From: Octopus sinensis
Taxonomy: Eukaryota
DNA: 64,000 bases
Direction: 5' to 3'
Assembly: GCF_006345805.1 (NCBI RefSeq)
Contig: NC_043008.1
Span: 59,892,001-59,956,000 of the forward strand
Position numbers and translations under genes: made by a program. This document shows positions 11,805 through 25,164 of the stretch, one piece after another. Below the pieces are notes generated by a model, which saw only the letters and a program-made list of their open reading frames with translations, did no database searches and was not told the DNA's origin. Numbering within the stretch: the first letter of the stretch is position 1; the number at the start of each line of letters is the position of its first letter.

Positions 11805-12493
11805 CTATTGGTAAAAAAAAATGAATAAAATTTAATAGAAAATATGAAACTTGAACACTGGATTGGTCTCTCTTCGATATAATGGGCTTAGAATGTGAGA
11901 AAAGTTGTTGTAAAATCTATACATATATATGTATATTTATTGTATTTATATTAAGGGCATTACTATACATAAATGCTTCATGCTAGGAGGGACTCTTAAA
12001 GTCAAAACTACCATAATAAATAAAGACATTGTACTGAACGCGAGGGAATGCAACTTTGCATATATATGTATAAATATATGTATATACATGCATACACACA
12101 CACACACACACATCAAATGGATGTCTTGTAAGACTATTCCGTGCATACAATAACAGCCATACCAACAATCCAACACACCTCCATCATCAGCTGCCCCATG
12201 GATATCACTATGGTTTTGACACCTGGGCAGTACCATTCAATCAGCCAATACATAAAGACATACATATTCATATATATGTTTGTGTATGTATATATACATG
12301 CATTTATATATATACTACACACTTGTAAATATGTATATAAATATGCATGTGTGTGTGTGTGTGTCTGTGTGTTTAACTATACTTGTATATATGTACATGG
12401 ATAATACACACATGTATTTATAAAGATATATATATATATATGTAAGCTCATATATGTAATATATATTGTAATATATATATATGTAATATATAT

Positions 12494-12541
<48 letters not shown>

Positions 12542-13330
12542 TAAAGAGAAAAATAAGTATTTATATACCAAATATATACATTATTCAAAATACACGATAG
12601 TCCAGTATTAACTTTCTTATAAAAGCTTTTTTTTTTTAATAAAAAATTTGTTAAGACAAACAATTGCTACATAAAAAAAAAAAATCAATAGAAATAAACA
12701 GAGAGATGGCAATAATGATTACACTAATAATTTAGTAGCTGAAGCTATATATCAATAGAAAACAGAATTGAATGTAAAAAAATTCAATCACCACAACACC
12801 TAGTAATAACAAACACTCTTTACAATATATAGTAAAGTGTAATGCTTGAAAGGAAAAAAAAACAAAAACATGCTGGTTTGACATTGATTAAAATGCTATA
12901 AAGAAAGACTAAACAAACATTACATAACATGCACAGAATTTAATCAGGAACCAGCATCAATAATAAACAGCAAATGTACAAAAAAATATTTTAAATCTTA
13001 AATCTAATAACAAATCATAAGCTTTCAAGCTGTTGAATAAAGATTTAATTATTAATGTGATTAAGAGTTTCTTTTGTAAACTTGTTCATGACTCGATATG
13101 TTGAGGTGGACATACATGTACAACGTTTATTTGTTGTCTGACTATGCATCTGCAATAAGGAGCTATTGAGATGTATTATATTACAAAGGATACAACTGAA
13201 ACTAATGCTAAGCTATTAGTTACTGATATGTCGATATTACACAGAATTCTCCTGCCTCCCCACCTCACCCAACCCAACCCCAAAACTAGAATGCTTAATG
13301 ATATAGATAGCAAGTTGGTAGAATCCTTAA

Positions 13331-13542
13331 CCCTTTCGATATCAACCCATCTAAAACCACCTCTGACTCTTTAGTACAAATGTCTTGTTTTCATATATTC
13401 TGAATGAAAATCTTCCAGTCGCAAATTATGTTCCTAACACAAACTTAATGATCACTAAGTTATCTTATTAAATTCTTTGTTATATTTAAAATTAAGTGAA
13501 AGAAACACAAAGCTTCTCAAAACAAATACGGTAACAAAAGGG
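13331..13542. mobile_element. piggyBac-type MITE (family P2)
   Basis: TTAA at 13327-13330 and 13543-13546; CCCTTTCGATA / GTAACAAAAGGG termini; reverse-orientation homolog of 50776-50995. Confidence 0.8.
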
Positions 13543-14204
13543 TTAAGGTGTTGGATGGAATGGGATATGGTATTGTTGTAGCTGTCTGTGCTCTCAGTTC
13601 AAATCTTGTTGAAGCCAACATGGTTGTCGATTCTTTTGAGGTTGAAAAATAAAATACTAGCCAAGTGTGGAAAGTGTGATAGTGTTAGTGGTGATGCCAG
13701 CTCATCTTCTCCTTTTTCTTCTTCTTCTCCTCCCTCCCTTTTATAGAAGAAACTGACAGCATTTGTACCCTGAGAGGTATGGGTTCCACCAGGTTGAAAA
13801 TGTCTAAGATACATCACAAATTATGATAGTGCCCCCATCAAGAGTCTAGCACACACCCACCACAAAACCCACAAAACAGAGAATAAGCCCTTGTAATAAA
13901 CTAATCTGAGTTAACATGGAAGCCTCTATGTGGTCACCAGTTTTGCTGGAAAAAGCATCCTGAACTCCCTCAACATACATTCTATTATCACATTTTAAAA
14001 TGGGTGAGTTTATCCTTTTATTTTAACTTCATAAATTGCATAAGCTTTACATGTGTTCCACTACGCAAATACTACGATGTGTGGGAATTGTTATGTAGAT
14101 GAACGCATAATTGCTCTGAAATGTCAGGTCTTCAGACAAAATTAACAATATAAAAAATTATTATTTGCCATCATTGGATGGTTGATTATTCAAACTTTTA
14201 CACA

Positions 14205-14256
<52 letters not shown>

Positions 14257-14780
14257 TGTGTGCACATGCAATCACTGGATGATCATGGCTGAACAGTCTT
14301 TAATCATAGTTCTGAACAATGAGGAATGACTTCTAGATTAAAAAGGTAAAAGATAAAAATGCAAACACAAAACAGGAGACAGCCATCTAACTATTTCAGA
14401 ATTGGCAAGACCCTAGAACCCTTTAATTTGTGATCTATCTGACAAAATACAAAGGCCAATGATAAATATAAAATCAGAATCAATATTATTTCCATCGTTT
14501 CTCCTCCTACAATGAAAAGGAAAATATCAACAGCCAATAATCAGATCAGGAATAAGAGAAACAATGTCATGTATTGATGATGTCAAAAGAATTCATGAAC
14601 ATTTGATAGAACTTCAATTTAAACCCTTATATTGAACAATATAGAATCACTCCCCAACACCTATGGCGGTATAGTTAGCTATTCAGTTTGACAAAAGACA
14701 ATAGGAGAATGAAAGAGTAAAAGAAAGCATTGAAAGATTTTAAAAAATCCTTACCAACAAAAATAAAAAGTAAAACCACA

Positions 14781-14896
14781 CTGCCAGATCAGACTGGGCC
14801 TGGTGCAGCCTTCTGACTTCCCAGACCCCAGTTGAACCGTCCAACCCATGCTAGCTTGGAAAGTGGACGTTAAACGATGATGATGATGATGATGAT
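14781..14896 (+). mobile_element. Family C 3' part
   Basis: CTGCCAGATCAGACTGG...CCGTCCAACCCATGCTAGC...GGACGTTAAACG(ATG)n. Confidence 0.8.
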
Positions 14897-14940
14897 TCCG
14901 CATCAGGAATTAAAAGTATGATGGCAGTCATTATTATAAT

Positions 14941-15278
14941 ATTTTTTTTTTGAACAGGCACTCCATAGGTTACAATGACTGGAGTTCTTGTTGATTCAAT
15001 CAACGGAACAGCCTGCTCATGAAATTAATGTGCATATGTCTGAGGGCTCCACAGACGTGTAATTATTATGTAGTTCTCAGGGAGATTCAGCATGACACAG
15101 TGTGTGACACCGCAGGCCCTTTGAAATACAGATACTACTCATCTTTGCCAGCTGAATGGACTGGAGCAATGTACAGTAAAGTATTATGCTGGAGGACAGA
15201 ACGTGTCAGTTGTAATTGAACTCACAACCTTGAAATTGTGAGCCGAATACCCCTAACCACTAAGCCATGCACCTTCAC
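14941..15278 (-). mobile_element. SINE family F (tRNA head + CORE-like domain)
   Basis: Minus strand GTGAAGGTGCATGGCTTAGTGGTTAGGG head and ATTGCTCCAGTCCATTCAGCTGGCAAAGATGAGTAG CORE-like segment. Confidence 0.7.
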
Positions 15279-15492
15279 AGTCATTATTAGCCATTATTAT
15301 TACAGTCATTATTATTTCTAATTGATTAAAAGTAAGAAATGGGACCTGGCTACATGGTAAAAATAATTCTACAGAACGACAACTTATGGTTCCATCCTTA
15401 CCAAGTTAAACATAAATTTGAATGAATTTTTCACTGAAAAAAAGTTGAATATTATTCAACATATCTAGGGTGATATTCAAGAATATCATTGT

Positions 15493-15835
15493 CTATGTTT
15501 AAGAGATGAGGAATTATGTACATTATTTACATTCAACAGATTTTTGTCCTCATCTTGTTTGTTGCCCATGGTCATATGACGTAGTGGTTAAGAGCACGGG
15601 CTACTAACTTCAAGATTCCGAGTTCGATTCCAAACAGTGATCTGAACAACAACAACAATAATGATAATAATAATAATAACATCGAAAAATACCTTAGGAA
15701 TGAGAACCCAGGTTCGAAATTTCCCCAAGACACCTAAAGAAGGCTGGAGGGTATATCTGCCGAAACGTGTTAACAACAAACAAGATCAGGACAAATGTCC
15801 GTCAAATGTAAATAATGTAAATAATGTAAATAATG
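15493..15835 (+). mobile_element. tRNA-headed SINE-like element with hammerhead-like/Penelope-type tail, inverted 5' copy of the tail, and 14-bp TSD
   Basis: TSD AAGAATATCATTGT at 15479-15492 and 15836-15849; A box 15577-15587, B box 15622-15631; HHR-like motif 15730-15770; 15514-15564 is the reverse complement of about 15774-15824. Confidence 0.75.
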
Positions 15836-16527
15836 AAGAATATCATTGTTCACTTTCTCTACATAGATTCTTATTTACAATAGATCTATATTATATACAT
15901 GACTTTGTCAAACTTAAATATGACTAAAATTCAGTAATATCAGGCCTATGACTTGTACTGATCGGATATCAAGATACAGATGATATAAGAATGTGAGTCC
16001 TTATGTGATAAAACACAAAATAGAGTAACAATAAGGAATAGTTATCTTCAATAAGATTTGAACCTTCAATCTATGGTTTACATTGAAGATTAATACAGAT
16101 GATAGTAGGCAAAAAAATTCCTCTCATGAAGAGAATACAGAATACTTAAACTTGGATTTAAATTTTCACTCACTGGTTTATATTAAATAATGAATATTTA
16201 ATTTTCTTAAGAATAAAAATGGCCTATTGCTAGCTAGAAGGTGGTAATAGAAGAGAAATTGACAAAGGAATGGAACAAAGACACACACTCACAACACACA
16301 CACACACACACACACACACAACACACATTCCTATCAAAAAGTGTTGAAATACATGTGATTTACCAGTCAACGGCTGATAAGAGAGTGATTCTTCCTTGAC
16401 TGTAATTACTAGTTACTCTCTTTCTCCCCTTCTCTCTGTGTGCATATATGCATACATACACACATGCACACGCACACACACACACACACACATGTATATA
16501 TATAAACATATACATATATATATATAT

Positions 16528-16575
<48 letters not shown>

Positions 16576-17621
16576 ATATACATATATATATACACACACA
16601 TATATAAATATATATGCATATATATGTGTATATATGTATATATATATATATATATACCTAAATCTTCCCAAATATATAAGCACCCACGCAAACATACGCT
16701 TAAGTATTTGTACATATTCTCACGAAAAGTCTTACAAAGGGGTGCATATGCACATAAAAATCAATTTCCTTTTTGTTGCTTCTCAGATTTTCATAAAAAT
16801 ATTACAAGTGACTTGGTTTTTTTTTTTCTATGAATGCTACAGAAACCTTTAACAAAACCCCATTGAAATGAACCCACCATACATGATAGATATCGAAATA
16901 GGAATACAAATAACCTTTAAGTTATTTCTACTGAAAACTTTTGTCGAACAATGTATAAATACTATACAGTGTTATATAAAGTGTTGTAGGTTAGTTTTTT
17001 TTCTGCATGTCAAATGCGAGAACGTGATCCCTGACAACAATATTAGGATATTTATAGAATAGTCCTTCTTAGAGTACAACTATGTAAATAGCAGCTCAAA
17101 CTGATGTTCCCTTCGAGGCATATTTTGGGAAAATGAGGCATTGTCTCTGATATATTATGGTAAAGAAAATGTTGGCAAGAAGGAGTATATAAGTCTGATT
17201 GAAAACAAATATTGAAGTTGTTATGACACACTATACACCATCAGTATATTCAATCTATATATGTAGAAAAAAAAATGAGTGTTTTATTGAAAAAATGTTT
17301 GATTATCAAAATAAAACGGTGAATATCCTGCTATACCATATAATAGAGATGCCAAATAATATAATCTTACTAAAGAAATATGGATTGTTAGCAAAAATTA
17401 AATACTTAATAGAAAGTAAGAGCTGATGTCAAAATGCGAGCAAAGAAAATTTATTTTGAGACTTTCAATGAGTTGCATTCACACTAACAACAACCAACAG
17501 TTATCTAAAAGGCAGCTTAGAATCTAAAAGAAACCATCACTAAGATCTTCAAAAATTATGTTTGGTAAACGTGTGAAACAGGAAAATTCAAAATAGGTAA
17601 GCATCATTCGAAAGTCTAATG

Positions 17622-17716
17622 TTGTGAGCCTTGCCCTTCATCGGAAAATGAGACAAGAAGGGAAAATTTTGTGAGCCTTGCCCTTCATCTGAAAATGAGA
17701 CAAGGAGGGAAAAATT
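17622..17716 (-). repeat. Tandem duplication (2 x ~47 bp) of a decayed hammerhead-type Penelope terminus
   Basis: TTGTGAGCCTTGCCCTTCATCGGAAAATGAGACAAGAAGGGAAAATT occurs twice. The minus strand reads CCGATGA A GGGC AAG GCTC ACAAC ATT, paralleling the 8301-8335 motif. Confidence 0.5.
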
Positions 17717-18061
17717 GGTGTTTTGCCTATGTCCTTAACCCTTTTGAGACACACAGTGTTTTGGTATGTGTAGCCAAAAAGACCAAGTATTTTTTTTCTA
17801 TTGCGATACATCTTTTGAAAGACGATCTCTGATTAGCTATTACACACCAAAACCAGCCATTCACTACATTTGTTTCACTGGGCCGATGGATCAACCTCAA
17901 AGTCCTTTCAGCTTGTATCACTTGGACTGATCAATCAGCCTTGGAGTCCCAAGGGGATTAAATTAACTGCTCTGCTGAATGGTTTTTCTCTTCTGGTGGC
18001 TACAAGTTACTTAAAAGGAGGGACAACAATATGTCTTGTGTGATATGATATGATTTGTGCT

Positions 18062-18093
<32 letters not shown>

Positions 18094-18212
18094 CAGAGTT
18101 TTATCTTGGCTACCGAATTATTGTCACATATTACATTTACAGATAAATTCCTCTATTTACATAATATCGAGGTCTCTTTCTTTCTTTTGTTATCTTACCG
18201 TTTTTATCAATC

Positions 18213-18244
<32 letters not shown>

Positions 18245-19130
18245 GTATACACACATGTATATATTTATAGGCTGCAACAAAAAGTGCATATGAAGGTAAA
18301 AGTGACTAGATAGTTATATATCATGAGTCAAATCTTTCAATGGGTTTGTTTATAGAACTCGTGCACATCTCACATGTTTCTGGAAAAGTTGCCTGAGTTC
18401 CATAGAGTGTATGACTGTAGATACTGTAATATATGCTCTTTGGATAATGTCTAAGGAATAGTCTAATACAGAAGTGCCCAGTCAAAATATCTGTGCATCT
18501 ATCATCAAATAGATGGTGTCATTTCGAAATTCAAATCAGAATTCCTAACCATATTTGTTCTTTTAAATACAAAAGTAAAGAAAACTGCTCTTTATTGGCT
18601 AAGGTATCTGGAATCTAAAAGGGAGAAGTAAAGACTACTCCATTTCATAGCTTCTTATAGAATGTGCTCTTCATAACAAATGGAGCAGCTGTAATTTGTG
18701 CACAGCGGAGGCACTGAAAATTCTCAATTGTAAATCCAAACTATTTAATAAATATATTGAGTTATCAATCTGCTGTTCACACTTATTTAATAAAACGTTC
18801 TTAAATTTGCACACTAAAATCCTGCAGAATTAATTTACCTAGGTCTAACTTATACTAATGTTCGCATTCTCTTCTTGTGGATTCTCTCATCTCCTACTTA
18901 AATTACATCTTGGGTAACATACTAAATAGTCATTTTTAGTTTAATCTTGAATTTTTAATCTAATCCTTAACTATTGCATCCATCCAAAATCAAATCAGTT
19001 TTAAAAATTTAATTCAAGAACTATGAATGCTTGTAATTTACTTGTAATTTTTACATACATTTATTATACACCTACTAGAAATTCCCTTGTTTTCTGTCAC
19101 CCTCAATATCGATATATTTATATTCATGTA

Positions 19131-19177
<47 letters not shown>

Positions 19178-19491
19178 TATGTATATGTATATTTAATTAT
19201 GTAAGTGCATTGAAACCTGTATTTAAAGATAACACGTGACCAAAAGAAACACATTGTAACAATTGATATATATATATAAGAAACATAGATTAGTAAGTAA
19301 GAAAAGAGGAGGAATAAAAAAATAAACTACAATAAAATATAAGTTATATGAATGCATGTGTGTATATATCTACATACATATATATATATGTAAGTACAAT
19401 TATTTATATATGTGTATATATAACAAATATAGACACACCACATAAAAAAAGAAAATGTTAAATGATGAAATGATGATGATGATGATATCTA

Positions 19492-19533
<42 letters not shown>

Positions 19534-19792
19534 CCTATCTACCTATCTACCTATCTATCTATCCATCTTTCTATATATACATACATACATACATATGTTC
19601 ATGCATATAGCTATATAAATATATATCTACTGATAGCTATAATATATACATATATACATAAATACAACATATAATATATATATTTATATGTATATAAATA
19701 TATATATATTTATATATATATATATATAAATATATACATATAAATATATATATGTATATATATAATACATACATATAAATATATATATTATA

Positions 19793-20200
19793 TACTCTTT
19801 TACTCTTGTACTTGTTTCAGTCATTTGACTGCGGCCATGCTGGAGCACTGCCTTTAGTCGAGCAAATCGACCCCGGGACTTATTCTTTGTAAGCCCAGTA
19901 CTTATTCTATCGGTCTCTATTGAAGAACCGCTAAGTGACGAGACGTAAACACACCAGCATCGGTTGTCAAGCAATGCTAGGGGGACAAACACAGACACAC
20001 AAACATATACACACACACTTATATATATATATATACATATATACGACGGGCTTCTTTCAGTTTCTGTCTACCAAATCCACTCACTCACAAGGCATTGGTC
20101 GGCCCGGGGCTATAGCAGAAGACACTTGCCCAAGATGCCACGCAGTGGGACTGAACCCGGAACCATGTGGTTGGTTAGCAAGCTACTTACCACACGGCCA
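19793..20200 (-). mobile_element. SINE family A, full length
   Basis: Complete tail-to-head match to the 2428-2816 copy. Confidence 0.9.
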
Positions 20201-20201
20201 C

Positions 20202-20232
<31 letters not shown>

Positions 20233-21178
20233 TATGTATGTATATACGTATATATATATATGTATATACGTATATATATATATTTATACATGCATATATA
20301 TTTATATATATGCATATATATATTTATATAGATATAGATATATATATATGTATATATGCATGTGATTTTTGCATGTGTGTGCATGGTTTTGTGCAAGCAT
20401 GCACATGTATGTGCGTATGCATACATATGTAATTGAATTTGTAACTTTATAGACACACTTACACTTAGTGTTAAAAAATATGAAAGCTTGAACTAAATTA
20501 CTAGCAGGCATTTAAAATAGTTAGTAACTATTAAAAAGCTGCGTGTGAAATGACGAAATATAACCACATAATGAAAATATATTATGAGTGGAAGAAAAAA
20601 CGATTGTAATAGTATGTAAAAGAGGACATGACAAGTTTGTATACGTCTTTACCATCAATTTAAATGTGATTATAACTGATTATACCTGTTTAAATATTTT
20701 CCTTGATATTTTATTATGTATACACAAAAGTTGTATGTATGTACCTATATATGGATGAATATATGTATGTATGTATGTGTTTATGTATGTATGTATGTAT
20801 GTATGAATGCATGCATGCAAGTCATACAAAGTGTTTTATAAGCTGAAGATAAGTTAGGATAATCACTGTGCTGATGATGTTTATTGAAGTAGAAACATGT
20901 ACAGCCAGCTATCCTCTTCTCTTCAGCCAAATATACAGTCTTCCCCTTAATGTCATTTTAGTTTTAGAGAGTTTTTGATTCCAGAGGATATCTCCTCATA
21001 TGGAGAAGGTACCAATTGTCACCAAGGGATCTGTGTACCATGTTTTGAAGTGGAGATAAAGACAATTAGTCAAGAATTCTTCTTATATGTTATTTGATTT
21101 ATCATTATTCATTTTTGCTGTACTGTGCAATCCAAATGGTTTCTCTTACTTCCACTTCATTAAATACATACGTATATA

Positions 21179-21213
<35 letters not shown>

Positions 21214-21277
21214 ATATATATATATGTACATATATGTGTATGTATATGTGTATGTATATATATGTATATATATATGT

Positions 21278-21490
21278 TCTTTTACTCTTTTATTGTTTCA
21301 GTCATTTGACTGTGGCCATGCTCGAGCATCACCTTTAGGCAAATAAATTGCTCCCAGGACTTATTCTTTTTAAGCTTAGTACTTATTCTATCGGTCTCTT
21401 TTTGTCAAACCACTAAGTGACGGGGACGTAAACACACCAACATTGGTTGTCAAGTGATAGTGGGGGGACACACACAGACACAAACAAGAA
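21278..21490 (-). mobile_element. SINE family A, tail half
   Basis: TTTTACTCTTTTATTGTTTCAGTCATTTGAC...GGGGGACACACACAGAC. Confidence 0.8.
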
Positions 21491-21592
21491 ATGCATACAT
21501 ACATACATACATATACATAAATATATGCATGTATATACACTTATATATATACACATATGTACATACGCACGAACATCTATCTATCTTTCTAA

Positions 21593-21642
<50 letters not shown>

Positions 21643-22570
21643 CTTTTATCTTTTGTTTTTGACATGTTTCAGTAACTGGATTGTGGCTATGCTGGGGCAC
21701 CACCTCAAAGAATTTTAGTCGAATATAATGTTTATATCTGTATGTGTATTTTTCTGCTTGTGTTTGTATATATATATGAGGGAGACAGATACACACATAC
21801 ACAAAATCACAGGTGCATTGATAGATAGTTCGATAGGCAGTCAGGCAGACAAAACAACAGAATCTGGTAGACAGACAGATATTAAATTGATAAATGAATG
21901 AATGAATACGTAGGTAAGTAAACAAAAATATTGATAGGTACACCCACCCATAATATACATACATACATACATACATACATACATACATACACATATATAT
22001 ATATCAATTCATGTTTATATATATAAAAAAATAAATATATATGTGTGTGTAAGTATACATATGTATATATGTAAATTGATATATATATATATGTATATAC
22101 AAATATATGTAAATATATATTAATATATGTATATTTATATGTATATATATGTTTATGTATATTTATATATATACATATATATATATATATGAATATGCAT
22201 ACCTAAGTACGTGTGTGTATATATATATATATAATTTGTATATTTCTGCAAAAACACACACCAATATATTGTAAACACAGAAATATGTATGTAAAGATAC
22301 ATACATAAAAAATATATATATTTATCTCTAAGTATCCCCTTATGCATCTTATATCTTCGTATTTTCAATGCTGTATTGATAAGCCTCTTATTTGCATGAA
22401 TATGTACATACTTATTCTATATTCTATAAATTCTTAAAGACTGATACAACAGAACACATACAAGACTGTCTCATTCATACACATAAATATGCACCCTGCC
22501 CCATACCCACCTAAAATTATAAAATATACTGTTTTATATGCATACAGCCATCCATCCATATACATATATA

Positions 22571-22614
<44 letters not shown>

Positions 22615-24079
22615 TATATGTATATATGTATGTATCCGTGCACATTCACACATAAACAAGCACACACATATTCAAATGTATACTGATGCAAATGAAAGTG
22701 TGTACAAATGTGTTTTTTGCATGTATGTATGTATCAGTGTATATGTGTGGTATGTACATACAGGGCTATTTACACATCATAAAAATTTAGTAATAGATAC
22801 AGAGGAGGAATTTGCTAAAAAAACAAGGGCTCTATATGTATATATATACACACACACGCACATATATCTATATATGCATGTATATATGTAAATATGTATG
22901 CATGTATAAATATGTATGTAGATATATATATTATATATATAATATATATATGAGTGTGTATATATATGTATACAGGTATACACACACACACACAACATAT
23001 ATAATATATATATATGCATAGACTTTTGAATATATATACATATTCTCATATACTAATAAACACATTTACATATATATGATATATATATATATATATATAT
23101 ACACATCCATGCATATAAATATATCTGTACATATATATCATGTATGTTATATATATATATATATATAATATATAATATATATATATATATACCTATATTC
23201 ATCTGTAAATAAATTATATAAAATATATAAGAATCTCCACACATGCATCATGTATATACATGTGCATACATATAAATGTATACATCTTCATCATCATCAT
23301 CATCATCATCATAATCATAATCATCATCATCATCATCATCATTTAACATTCGTTTTCCATGCTGGCATGAGTTGGACGGTACATATGTATATAGATATCC
23401 ACATTTATACATACATACATATATATATATATATATTTAGTAACATATATATATATATACATATATATACACACACACATACAGACACACACATGTATAG
23501 ATATAAATATTCTAATTCTATATATATATATAAAATGAAACAAGAGAACGTGCCCAGCAATATTTAAGTCACACACCTTGTGTAGTTTTCTGTGCTGACA
23601 GCATTCATCCAGTGTGCAGTGGGTTATGAAAAATAAAGCAATGAACACGTCAATTGATACATGAGTTACAGAATGGAATTTATATATAACGAATATATAT
23701 GTATGTATGTTTGTATGTATATGCAAAATTATAAATATCGATGTGCATGTATTTGTGTGTTATTACTTATGAATATACACCTATAAATATATGCATATAC
23801 ATAATAAATATTTATATATATATATATACATTATATGCATATATATATATATACATATATGTATGTATATATATATATTTGTATATATGTATATACCTTG
23901 ATACTAATACTTATATACATACAGGCATCAATCATGTATGCGTATATATTTCACATTATGAATTATAGAATGTAATGAGATACTTCTGCATAAATTTATG
24001 CATTTGTAAAGCAGCAGTGGTATGAAAGATGTTATAATATGAAATTATATATAATATTTTGTTGAATATACTTATACAT

Positions 24080-24225
24080 GTGTGTGTAATATATATATAT
24101 ATATATATATATATAGATATATATCTATATATATACTATTATATATATATATATACATATATACATATATAATATATTATATATATAATACATATATACA
24201 TATATATTATATGTATATAATCTAC

Positions 24226-24272
<47 letters not shown>

Positions 24273-24329
24273 CATTATATACCTATATATATATAACATA
24301 TATACACATACATACATGCCATATACACA

Positions 24330-24387
<58 letters not shown>

Positions 24388-24618
24388 TGCATACATATAT
24401 ATTAAATATAATTTATACACTAATTTATATGCATAGTTTAGCTTTAGATATTGAATATATTCAAACTCTACACATGCATACATAAATCTCTTGTATGTAT
24501 GTATCTATTTTATATATATGTGTGTGTATATATATATATATAATTAGCATATATATGTATATACATATGCATATATATGTATATATATATATGTCTATAT
24601 ATATATATATATATATAC

Positions 24619-24662
<44 letters not shown>

Positions 24663-24754
24663 GTATATATATATGTATATATATATTATATATATATAGA
24701 TATATATGTATATGTATATACATATACATACATGTATGTCTTATATATTATATG

Positions 24755-24801
<47 letters not shown>

Positions 24802-24950
24802 ATATATGTATATGTAGTATATATATATATATACATACATGTATGTCTACATTATATGTGTGTGCCTGTAAATATATGTACATCTATGCATATGTACATC
24901 AATATACATACATAATACACACACACACACACAGATATATATATACACAT
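24080..24950. repeat. Large compound (TA)n/(TACA)n tract, representative of many
   Basis: Similar tracts at about 4600-5060, 11160-11430, 22520-23200, 32560-33080, 42340-42690, 49940-50250 and 60150-60560; (TATC)n at 58130-58420; (CA)n at 51665-51806. Confidence 0.95.
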
Positions 24951-25164
24951 ACTTAAATTCAGTTATGCAATCTTAAAAGCATATTGTATTGTACATTCGC
25001 ATTTACTCATGCGCGAATACATTTACAGACAGAGGCATATTGTCTTGGGCCACTCCCATGCAGAACACATTGAATAGTTGTAAATAAATATGTATATATA
25101 TATAAATATATAAATGTATGTATGCATGTGTGTGTGTGTGTGTATGCACACATATATCAGTTTA

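Noticed and set aside
15570-15645. Functional tRNA gene
   Set aside because: A/B boxes and a partial acceptor stem are present, but the anticodon and T stems do not pair; it lies inside a TSD-flanked repeat.
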